IMG/VR virus record: IMGVR_UViG_3300036982_000470
Location: 1-49,433 of that record
Direction: 5' to 3' (one strand)
DNA length: 49,433 nucleotides
Source: a virus
Taxonomy: Duplodnaviria; Caudoviricetes
In this document: in pieces, positions 29,421 through 36,882 of the stretch
Numbering within the stretch: the first letter of the stretch is position 1
Layout of the letters: the number at the start of each line of letters is the position of its first letter
The notes under the pieces: model-generated
The model's input: only the letters and a program-made list of their open reading frames with translations
The model's database searches: none
Told to the model about the DNA's origin: nothing
Translations under genes and position numbers: made by a program

Positions 29421-30035
29421 TTACTCCTTTTTATTTTCCGTTTGCCAGCAACCAACATCTTGCATTTGGCTCTTCTGCTCTGCATTTAGCCCCATGTCAC
29501 CTTTGTAGAAAACTTTGGCCCGAAGGTTGCAAGAGCAGATTTCACAATTAAAGAGAAGCACATGATGTTTAGATTTTGCATCTCCTACAGATTTCTGAGC
29601 CATGTTATCCGCCCAGATATCAAACCAGCCCTTATCTGGATTGGTGTTATATTTGCAACCTGTACAAATCTCGGCCCGTCTATCAGCCTCTTCCTGCGGC
29701 ACTCTTGCGGCCTCCCCGTACCAAAGATTATCCAGAAGAGCAATGCCACCTCTAATATACGCAAGTAGTCCTCTTTCAAGCATCTTACAAGGCTCACATT
29801 CGCCTAAGTTTTCAGGAAGTCTACACCAATAATTCTGAAGTACCTTGTCTAAATGCTTAATAATGGGAAGACTATTTTGAGACCTGTAGTTAATTATACG
29901 CTGGATAAGAGCTTTTTCGTTTTGCTCTTCATATACAAAGCCTGAGTCAGGGTCTTTAAATACCCAACGCTTAGGCCTAGAAAAGGGCCTAAATTTATAG
30001 AAAATGGGTTCCGGTGCAGTATAAGGCTTTGGCAT
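29421..30035 (-). CDS. Cys-rich putative zinc-binding protein upstream of the portal
   Basis: CEPC, RRAEICTGCKYN, CEICSCNLRAKV and CW motifs. Confidence 0.7.
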   Translation of the reverse strand: MPKPYTAPEPIFYKFRPFSRPKRWVFKDPDSGFVYEEQNEKALIQRIINYRSQNSLPIIKHLDKVLQNYWCRLPENLGECEPCKMLERGLLAYIRGGIALLDNLWYGEAARVPQEEADRRAEICTGCKYNTNPDKGWFDIWADNMAQKSVGDAKSKHHVLLFNCEICSCNLRAKVFYKGDMGLNAEQKSQMQDVGCWQTENKKE

Positions 30036-30065
30036 ATACTTTAAGCTATCAAAATTAATACATTT

Positions 30066-31955
30066 GTGCTAGATCCTAAATATATGCGTCAAAACAGTTT
30101 TGATAACCTAATACTAGCGGAAGGCTGGGAAATAATTGAAGAAGGAGACGAAGCTTATGTTATGGCCATGGGCGAAAAAATTAAGTACGCGCATCCGTTC
30201 TCTATTTGGGCAAAGATCTACAGAGGCAGTGGAAATCCAAGAGTCAGGTACACCTGTCTCCGTGCAATGCATAAATACGCTTGGCCAACTTATGAGCTTA
30301 CTTGGAACGCTTGGGATGAAAGGAGACTCAAAACTGCTAGCGAAAACTGGGATTATGTCAGTTACGCCGGAGGCGGCTCCACCGGAAAGAGCGACTTTGC
30401 GGCTAGATTTGCGCTCCTCTACTGGATGGCGTCGCCGAAGACACGGACAGTCCTGGTCGCCAGTACAACGCTGCAAGCGCTTTCGACGCGCATCTGGGGG
30501 TACATAAGTAGATTTGCCAATCAAATGGCTATTGATTTTCCGTTAACACTACTAGGCGGAAACTCCCCAAAGATTCTATACGATAAAAAAGACCCGATTC
30601 ATGGAATGTACGCCTTAGCTGCCGGAAAGGGGACTGACGAAAAGGCGATATCGAACTGGATTGGTAGGCATCCTAAAGAAGCTATGCTTGTAATTTTGGA
30701 TGAAGCCACCGACCTAGACCCAGTAATACTAAAGAGTCTACCTAATTTACAAAGCGGCGGCATTGAGTTTAAATGCATGGTCATAGGAAACTCATGCTCC
30801 AGGTTTGACTTGCATGGCTGTTTATCAACGCCATTATGCGGATGGAAAAAGCTTGACCCCATGAAGGAAGTGTCATGGCTTACAACGCAAAAGAATGGCA
30901 TTTGTTTATACTTTAATCCATACGAGTCACCTGCAATTCATGAGCCGAATTTGGAACAAAGAGCTAGGTTATCAAAATTTCTAATTACTAAAGAACGCAT
31001 TGAAGAAAATAAAAAAAACTATGGAGAAGACTCGGACGGCTACTGGCGGTTTGTCTTAGGCCTTTGGAAAGAAGATAGTGAAGATGAAACAGTTATCAGC
31101 CGAAAATTTATAGAATCTTTTAATGTTCAAGGAGTCGCCGAGTGGAGTGGGCTACATAAACTAAACATCGTAGCAGGCCTAGACCCAGCGTTTAGTCAAG
31201 GAGGAGACACTTGTATTTTAAGGCTAGCCGTGCTTGGGCAGTCGTCTGGGGGGCAGATTCTACTTGACTTTAGAGGAGAGCAGCTCTTACACAGAATTGT
31301 AATTTCACCTAAAGACCCCCGGTCGGCAGAGCTTCAGATTGCAGACAAAGTGCTTGAAGTGCTAAATACCTATGGATGCCCATTGACAAACCTTTGTGTA
31401 GACTCTAACGGCCAGGGGCGGGCACTTGCCGAAGTAATAAGGCTTCGCGCCAAAACATTAGAGAGTCCTCTAAAGATTTATTCTGTGCGGTCGGGAAATA
31501 CCGTGCAGAAAAGCTTTGATGTAATTATAAAAACCACGCATGAGCTTTGGTACGAGTTTAGGCGTTATATCCAAGCCGACCAGATTAGAGGGCTTGATTA
31601 TCAAACTATAGTTCAGCTCACTTCGCGTTTGGTTGAAGTAAAAGGCGGCAAACAATACTTAGAAACAAAGCCTCTGTACAAAGCTAGAATGGGAACAATA
31701 AATCCTTCGCAGGCGCACTCTCCCGATGAAGCCGATGCAGCTGCGTTAGCACTTCAGGTAGCTATTATAAAGTTTGGCTTTACACCAGGACAGCGCCGAG
31801 AAGTAAAAAGAGAGGAAACATTCACAGCCGAAAAGATGTATGCCATGATGTCGGCTAAGATGATACAGGAAGAGCATAATAAGGAAATAAGGCTTAATGA
31901 TGATTTCTCTTGTGACTTGTATAGCGCCTCTACGGTGAAATTGCCTTTTTCGTAA
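30066..31955 (+). CDS. terL: Terminase large subunit
   Basis: Walker A GGGSTGKS, Walker B LVILDEA, coupling motif IGN, and RNase H-like GLDPAFSQGGD and SPDEADA. Confidence 0.9.
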   Translation: MLDPKYMRQNSFDNLILAEGWEIIEEGDEAYVMAMGEKIKYAHPFSIWAKIYRGSGNPRVRYTCLRAMHKYAWPTYELTWNAWDERRLKTASENWDYVSYAGGGSTGKSDFAARFALLYWMASPKTRTVLVASTTLQALSTRIWGYISRFANQMAIDFPLTLLGGNSPKILYDKKDPIHGMYALAAGKGTDEKAISNWIGRHPKEAMLVILDEATDLDPVILKSLPNLQSGGIEFKCMVIGNSCSRFDLHGCLSTPLCGWKKLDPMKEVSWLTTQKNGICLYFNPYESPAIHEPNLEQRARLSKFLITKERIEENKKNYGEDSDGYWRFVLGLWKEDSEDETVISRKFIESFNVQGVAEWSGLHKLNIVAGLDPAFSQGGDTCILRLAVLGQSSGGQILLDFRGEQLLHRIVISPKDPRSAELQIADKVLEVLNTYGCPLTNLCVDSNGQGRALAEVIRLRAKTLESPLKIYSVRSGNTVQKSFDVIIKTTHELWYEFRRYIQADQIRGLDYQTIVQLTSRLVEVKGGKQYLETKPLYKARMGTINPSQAHSPDEADAAALALQVAIIKFGFTPGQRREVKREETFTAEKMYAMMSAKMIQEEHNKEIRLNDDFSCDLYSASTVKLPFS

Positions 31956-32253
31956 TGGGGTGCCGCAGGGGCTTAAAAGGGGAGAAACGCTTTCCCCAGG
32001 ATGTAATAAGCTCATTAAAGCCGTCAGGATGAATAAGAAGAGCGTCGTTTTCGCATAAAAAGGCATAAACCGTAGGAGCAGTGACAACAAACAATAAAAG
32101 GTCGTCATAAGAGACATCAAACTTTTTGCAAATATCGTAGCTATGATAATACTCTTTAAAGGGAGCCCAGACAAAAGGAAACTCCCAGTGTGCATGAGCG
32201 TTAATCCACTGGCTCAACGATGAATCGTTTAGTTTTGGTAGTCTCTTTAACAC
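31930..32253 (-). CDS. Hypothetical protein
   Basis: 107 aa with a GTG start; overlaps 32201-32503 and converges on terL. Confidence 0.45.
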   Translation of the reverse strand: MLKRLPKLNDSSLSQWINAHAHWEFPFVWAPFKEYYHSYDICKKFDVSYDDLLLFVVTAPTVYAFLCENDALLIHPDGFNELITSWGKRFSPFKPLRHPITKKAISP

Positions 32254-32503
32254 CGTAAGGCATCTCCATTATAGCCCGCCTGTGCTTACTAAAATCTGTG
32301 GTGAATTTAAATAGACGGGCTAGTTCATTAATAGTCATATCGACAGAACACCACTGTTTATACAGATTAACGGCAGCCATGTTGATGGTGTCAATGTCAG
32401 ATTGAGTGATTTCTGATTGTGATGATTGGGGAGTAAGGAAGGGGATAGGGAAGGAGGGGGTGGAGGAGGGGGAGGGTAAGGTATTTTCGGTGGGTTTCTT
32501 CAT
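32201..32503 (-). CDS. Hypothetical protein, possible terminase small subunit
   Basis: 100 aa near terL with a Pro/Ser-rich N-terminus and a helical core. The TerS call is positional only. Confidence 0.4.
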   Translation of the reverse strand: MKKPTENTLPSPSSTPSFPIPFLTPQSSQSEITQSDIDTINMAAVNLYKQWCSVDMTINELARLFKFTTDFSKHRRAIMEMPYGVKETTKTKRFIVEPVD

Positions 32504-32509
32504 AAGTAT

Positions 32510-32538
32510 AAGATAATGGTTTTTGATATGGTTGTAAA
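32510..32538 (-). promoter_or_regulatory. sigma70-like promoter for a probably leaderless transcript
   Basis: TTTACA-N17-TATCTT-N6-ATG(32503), with no SD. Confidence 0.5.
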
Positions 32539-32672
32539 GGTGTAATTTGATTGGATAAAGGTAAGTATGCGACGATAGTAGGGATAAGTTTTACTAAATA
32601 TAGTAGAACTACAGCCGGGGGCTTTGAATCCTAACCTAGGGATATCATTACATAATAAAGAGAATACCTCTT

Positions 32673-32731
32673 AAATTGACCGATAAGATTACACCAAATT
32701 GACCGATAAGAATAACTTATCGGTCAATTTG
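32673..32731. repeat. Triple repeat AAATTGACCGATAAG: two direct copies and one inverted copy
   Basis: Direct copies at 32673-32688 and 32696-32711. 32695-32710 and 32716-32731 form a perfect 16-bp inverted repeat with a 5-nt spacer. Confidence 0.95.
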
Positions 32732-32750
32732 AAAATGATAATGTATTTAG

Positions 32751-32763
32751 TATCAAGTACTTA
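32751..32763 (+). promoter_or_regulatory. IHF consensus site
   Basis: TATCAAGTACTTA matches WATCAANNNNTTR and has an AT-rich 5' flank. Confidence 0.6.
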
Positions 32764-32857
32764 CAAGAACGACACAAGTGCATTAATACATCATTGTCGA
32801 ACACACGTATTGCGCTTATGGCTCATGGCTTTGCGCTTTGCAAAGTTTGCATAGCAT

Positions 32858-32873
32858 TGTGCAAAAATGTACA
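32858..32873. promoter_or_regulatory. Candidate upstream activator sequence for a sigma54 enhancer-binding protein
   Basis: TGT-GCAAAAATGT-ACA (TGT-N10-ACA) within the imperfect palindrome ATTGTGCA-AAAA-TGTACAAT, about 115-130 bp upstream of the -24 element. Confidence 0.45.
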
Positions 32874-32957
32874 ATCGGCGATTCGTTTGCAAGTTCAATT
32901 AGTTAGTGCATGTTTTACGTATTTATACGTATGAAATTAGTTCAACATGGGGTTTTG

Positions 32958-32970
32958 TAAGTACTTGATT
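32958..32970 (-). promoter_or_regulatory. IHF consensus site between the UAS and the sigma54 promoter
   Basis: Minus strand AATCAAGTACTTA matches WATCAANNNNTTR. Confidence 0.65.
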
Positions 32971-32986
32971 TTGTTCGGTGCCAAGT

Positions 32987-33002
32987 TGGCACGAATAGTG
33001 CT
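32987..33002 (+). promoter_or_regulatory. sigma54 (-24/-12) promoter for the early gene cluster
   Basis: TGGCACGAATAGTGCT versus consensus TGGCACGNNNNTTGCW: one mismatch and exact GG-N10-GC spacing. Confidence 0.75.
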
Positions 33003-33105
33003 ACATAAGCAATCGAAAGCGATTGCAAGCATTTGAAAAACTGCTTGCGGTCAATTTGCGGATAAACCGCAATGTTTTAAATATGTTAATTGATAGGAGA
33101 ATAAC

Positions 33106-33375
33106 ATGAGTACATTACAAGCAATAGCAACAGGCAATACCAAGAGTCTAGAACAGCAATTAGCTGAGTTACGTGCTGAAAATGAAGCACTTAAATCAAC
33201 TAAGGCCGCTAATTTACGGCTTAAAGTTAGCGAGAAAGGCGCATTGTCAGTGTATGGTTTAGGTAGATTCCCAGTCACACTCTATAAAGAGCAATGGCAG
33301 AGACTATTGACCAAGGTATCTGACATTGAAGCATTTATCAAAGCTAATGAGTCAACACTAAGCGTAAAGCAGTAA
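33106..33375 (+). CDS. Conserved small protein (KVSEKGxxSVYGLGRFPVTLYKEQW family), possibly a PC4-like nucleic-acid binder
   Basis: Strong SD AGGAGA, N-terminal coiled coil and a recognisable conserved motif. The fold is inferred. Confidence 0.7.
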   Translation: MSTLQAIATGNTKSLEQQLAELRAENEALKSTKAANLRLKVSEKGALSVYGLGRFPVTLYKEQWQRLLTKVSDIEAFIKANESTLSVKQ

Positions 33376-33379
33376 CAAG

Positions 33380-33431
33380 ATTACATACACAAATGATATA
33401 TCTTAATTGATATATCAAATGTGTATGTAAT
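33380..33431 (+). other. Long intergenic hairpin
   Basis: ATTACATACACA-AA-TGATATATC-TTAATT-GATATATCA-AA-TGTGTATGTAAT (12+9 bp). Confidence 0.85.
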
Positions 33432-33494
33432 TATCCTAACCTTGGTTTTATTTTAAAATTTTAATTATAAATGCATAATATTATTGGGGAAATT

Positions 33495-33722
33495 ATGAAT
33501 ACTAATGAATTTGATAACTTAGCTATCCTAGACGAGTTAGATATCACTGTTAGAGGCCTACAACTAACTGAATCTATTAAGAATCTTATTAGGGATGCTG
33601 TGCATGAATCCACCGACTTAACCTATAACGATTTAGCCAATATTGAACGCATGTTCGCTAGAGGCATGGTCAACAGCATTGCCTTAGCTAAAGGCAAGTG
33701 TTCCCACCACAGGCCTAATTAA
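33495..33722 (+). CDS. Hypothetical early protein
   Basis: Start moved to MNTNEF, which has a GGGGA SD (the track gives 33471). Confidence 0.6.
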   Translation: MNTNEFDNLAILDELDITVRGLQLTESIKNLIRDAVHESTDLTYNDLANIERMFARGMVNSIALAKGKCSHHRPN

Positions 33723-33727
33723 TGCCT

Positions 33728-33748
33728 AGCTAGAGCTTAGCTCTAGCT
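33728..33748 (+). other. Short intergenic hairpin
   Basis: AGCTAGAGC-TTA-GCTCTAGCT. Confidence 0.6.
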
Positions 33749-33777
33749 TAAATCATAACATGATTATGGTTTAAGCT

Positions 33778-33963
33778 ATGGCTAACAAGATTACATACAA
33801 AATTGATTTAAACGCCTCACAATCGGCGAATCGTGCACAATGCAGCCCTAGGTATGCACCTAAGCAACAAAATACAACTACAGGCCTACAAATCGATTTT
33901 AGCCGTATGTTGGCCGTTAGCAGAGCCGCTAAAAAGCACAGATTTTTTATTTTAAGAGGGTAA
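33778..33963 (+). CDS. Hypothetical protein (doubtful)
   Basis: 61-aa ORF with no clear SD. Confidence 0.3.
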   Translation: MANKITYKIDLNASQSANRAQCSPRYAPKQQNTTTGLQIDFSRMLAVSRAAKKHRFFILRG

Positions 33964-33967
33964 AACT

Positions 33968-34213
33968 ATGACTAAACAATATATGACTGAGGTATCAGTA
34001 ACTTATTGGAAGCTTAAAGAGACAGGCTGGTCAAAGCTTAGGACTCGCAGAATTAGAATCCTACTTGATACATTCCTAAAGCATATCGAAGCAATAGAAT
34101 CAAATCCGAATAATCTTATCTTTGCCCGTCATTATGATGGCATTAGTTACCGAGTAACTACCGAATCACCGAATGACAGGCATGTTTATAGAACTAGTAT
34201 TTATTATCAATAG
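33968..34213 (+). CDS. Hypothetical early protein
   Basis: 81 aa, GAGGG SD. Confidence 0.65.
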   Translation: MTKQYMTEVSVTYWKLKETGWSKLRTRRIRILLDTFLKHIEAIESNPNNLIFARHYDGISYRVTTESPNDRHVYRTSIYYQ

Positions 34214-34224
34214 GAGAAACTATT

Positions 34225-34656
34225 ATGACTAACAATGCAGGTATAGACTATGGCTTTGGTAAAACCAATATCGATAAAGATACTGGTATTAGATATGGCG
34301 TTATAAATAACAACACTGCCGAATATCTTAGTGAAGTTATGGAGCCTGTTTATCCTAAAGCACATAACTATGAGGATATGGATGAGTATCCTGATTATGA
34401 TTGTGAACCAATTGGCTGGGAATATGAAGGCGAAGGCTATCAGCTTACAGACTGTCTGGACTCTGCTGTTATGGTTATTAAATCCCCTTATTACACCTAT
34501 TGCAAATATTGTTCTCCCTGTGTTCCAGGAGCAGGGGATTTAAATAATCCTGAAACTGACGGCGTTAAAACCTATTGCCTAAACCATGATTTTTTTACCA
34601 GTGGCAAAGCCCCTTATCCCGTTTACTATACTGAAACTAATAAACTAGTGGAATAA
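34225..34656 (+). CDS. Phage protein with a CxxCSPCxPGAGDL motif
   Basis: AGGAGA SD; Cys cluster YCKYCSPCVPGAGDL...YCL. Confidence 0.8.
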   Translation: MTNNAGIDYGFGKTNIDKDTGIRYGVINNNTAEYLSEVMEPVYPKAHNYEDMDEYPDYDCEPIGWEYEGEGYQLTDCLDSAVMVIKSPYYTYCKYCSPCVPGAGDLNNPETDGVKTYCLNHDFFTSGKAPYPVYYTETNKLVE

Positions 34657-34657
34657 T

Positions 34658-34858
34658 ATGAATACTAATCATTACTGGTCTGACATTATAACCAATTCCG
34701 TTACTAAAAATAAATCAACATTAGTAGGCTATTGGTTAGGCATAGCTGCTTACTATCTTGATTCAATTACTGGTGTGGTGTGCCATAAAATGAACTGGAC
34801 AGGAAAAATAGCTAGTGGCGAATATAAAAACGCTTATTACTGGATATTTATTAGCTAA
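34658..34858 (+). CDS. Hypothetical protein
   Basis: 66 aa, coupled to the upstream stop. Confidence 0.5.
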   Translation: MNTNHYWSDIITNSVTKNKSTLVGYWLGIAAYYLDSITGVVCHKMNWTGKIASGEYKNAYYWIFIS

Positions 34859-34866
34859 GGAAACTT

Positions 34867-35103
34867 ATGAAAGCCTTTACCCAAGCCACCCTTGACCAAA
34901 TGACTGAAGCCCAAATGATAACCATAGATGGCCTATTAGTTAATGGCGTAACAGTAACAGAGCCGTTTGTTATTTACCTACCAGACAGATGTCTCTTAGG
35001 CCGAATAACATTAGACTCTGGAGCCACTATTAGTATATCAATCAATAAAGATGGAATAGCTACTTTTACACAACTATTAAGACTAACAAAGGAGAAATTA
35101 TGA
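34867..35103 (+). CDS. Hypothetical protein
   Basis: 78 aa, AAGGA SD, ATGA overlap with the next gene. Confidence 0.65.
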   Translation: MKAFTQATLDQMTEAQMITIDGLLVNGVTVTEPFVIYLPDRCLLGRITLDSGATISISINKDGIATFTQLLRLTKEKL

Positions 35104-35303
35104 AAGCTTGGGATATTATTGGCTATGCTTATGATGCTGATTGCCATTGCATAGAATGCACTGAAAAACTTTATTCAGACCCACAAGATGATACCTGTGA
35201 AGACTCTGAAGGCAATCCCTTATCCCCTATATTTGAATCAGAAGAACTAGAATCAGATTTATATTGTGGGACTTGTGGAAAAATAATTAAGTCATTCTCC
35301 TAA
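35100..35303 (+). CDS. Small acidic zinc-finger-like phage protein
   Basis: AAGGAGA SD; CIEC...CGTC. Confidence 0.75.
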   Translation: MKAWDIIGYAYDADCHCIECTEKLYSDPQDDTCEDSEGNPLSPIFESEELESDLYCGTCGKIIKSFS

Positions 35304-35306
35304 CAA

Positions 35307-35370
35307 TGTCGAAACACGGGTATTCCCTCGAATACCTGTGTCTGTAGGTAATTCCTACACTGATGAGACA
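35307..35370 (+). ncRNA. Type II hammerhead ribozyme
   Basis: TGTC-GAAA-[CACGGGTATTC-CCTC-GAATACCTGTG]-TC^-[TGTAGG-TAATT-CCTACA]-CTGATGA-GACA. All core nucleotides and three stems are present, with a GUC cleavage triplet (cut after 35342). Intergenic. Confidence 0.93.
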
Positions 35371-35402
35371 ATCATTAGAAATTTTTATAGGAGAATTATT
35401 AT

Positions 35403-36455
35403 ATGAAACAAGGTCGAACTTTAGTTGAACTAGCTCAAGAGCTAGAGCGTAGGCGAGAGTCTAAACATGATTACATAGCCAGAGGTGAAGCATTACATAT
35501 GTATTCACCGCATAGCATAGCTATTACTAATGGCGAAACTAAAACACTACAGCTTAACACTTTAGCTAAAGAGCAATTAGCCTCACGTCTTAATATCCCT
35601 AAAAAATATTATGACTACCTTGAAACAGAGCATCCTGATTTACTTGTAAAAAATGTAAATTATTTATTTCCTAATTCAGGTCAAAACCACCTAGTCCGCA
35701 CATTAGACGATAAGGCTAGAGCTATCCTTTCAGACCGCTTTCGCTGCTTAGATGATGCTCCCTTTGTTGAATCAATATTGCCTGTATTACTTAACTCTGG
35801 CTTTGAAGTTGTTTCAAGTGAACTAACTGATACGCGGATGTATCTTAAAGTTATATCCCCAAAGCTAATAGCTGAAGTTAAGAAAGGTGACGTTGTTACA
35901 GCAGGCTATTGGTTTAGAAATAGTGAAGTGGGGCATTCTCGCTTAGCAGGTGGCTTATTCCTTAACCGCTTAGTCTGCACTAATGGCATGATGATGAGCA
36001 AAGAATATGGTTTTGCTAAAAATCATAGCGGAAAAGCTTTAGACTTTAGTGAAGCCGCCGAAGCGTATTACACTAATGCGACTAGAGCACTAGATGAAAA
36101 GGCTTACTTTGCTAAACTCCGTGACGTTGTTAATGGCATGATAGGCTCTGAAAATGGCTTTAAAGCAGCCATTGCTAAATTCCGGGAAGCCTCACAAGAA
36201 CAAATCACAGGTGACCCTGTTAAAGCCATTGAAGCTGTAACAGAAGTATTTAGTCTTAACAAAGATGAATCTTGCGGAGTCTTACAAGCATTAATCAAAG
36301 GAGCTGATTTAAGCCGTTGGGGTGTAGCTAATGCTTTAACTGCTTACTCCCAGACTATAGCTGACTATGACCGGGCTACTGACTTTGAATCTTTTGGTGG
36401 ACAAATAATTGAATTGCCGCGCTCTGATTGGCAAGAAATTGCTGTAGCTGCTTAA
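35403..36455 (+). CDS. DUF932/DUF945-family protein
   Basis: MKxGRTLxELAxELxR start; RAILSDRF, NSEVG and RLVCTNGM motifs. Confidence 0.85.
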   Translation: MKQGRTLVELAQELERRRESKHDYIARGEALHMYSPHSIAITNGETKTLQLNTLAKEQLASRLNIPKKYYDYLETEHPDLLVKNVNYLFPNSGQNHLVRTLDDKARAILSDRFRCLDDAPFVESILPVLLNSGFEVVSSELTDTRMYLKVISPKLIAEVKKGDVVTAGYWFRNSEVGHSRLAGGLFLNRLVCTNGMMMSKEYGFAKNHSGKALDFSEAAEAYYTNATRALDEKAYFAKLRDVVNGMIGSENGFKAAIAKFREASQEQITGDPVKAIEAVTEVFSLNKDESCGVLQALIKGADLSRWGVANALTAYSQTIADYDRATDFESFGGQIIELPRSDWQEIAVAA

Positions 36456-36461
36456 AGCTTC

Positions 36462-36481
36462 GACCGCACAATAGTGCGGTC
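36462..36481 (+). terminator. GC-rich hairpin after the DUF932 gene (terminator or mRNA stabiliser)
   Basis: GACCGCAC-AATA-GTGCGGTC with a weak U-tract. Confidence 0.45.
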
Positions 36482-36513
36482 CTTGGTTTAACTAACTATA
36501 GGAGATACCATTT

Positions 36514-36882
36514 ATGGGCTGGAATTGGACACACAGACCTTCACATGAAACCGCTAAAGAATTTATGACCAAACAACTAACTTATGAATACACTGAAGTC
36601 TTAGGTATTAGTATTCATAATTCTGTAGGCTATGTCGCCGTTAAAAATAAACCTACTAACTTAGTTGAATGCGTTGTAATCTTACTAAAACAAGATTCAA
36701 CCGTTCTTTACAATCAAGGCTTTAAATTAATCTGGGAAGAAGAAGGCCCTTATCACACTGATTGCCCATATTACATTTTAGCTTTGTTGTCTGACACTAC
36801 TGCCTGGAGAAGTATTGAATGGCGTGCTGCCTGCCGTGACAGAAGACCGCCTAACTATATTCAACCAGGAGTACAAGTATGA
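36514..36882 (+). CDS. DUF6927-like protein
   Basis: MGW start; EEEGPYHTDCPxxILxLL...WRxxCR motif. Confidence 0.7.
   Translation: MGWNWTHRPSHETAKEFMTKQLTYEYTEVLGISIHNSVGYVAVKNKPTNLVECVVILLKQDSTVLYNQGFKLIWEEEGPYHTDCPYYILALLSDTTAWRSIEWRAACRDRRPPNYIQPGVQV

Noticed and set aside
30114-30524. Overlapping ORFs 30114-30524 (-) and 30136-30507 (+) within terL
   Set aside because: They arise from a locally GC-rich, stop-poor patch around Walker A; the products look non-protein-like.
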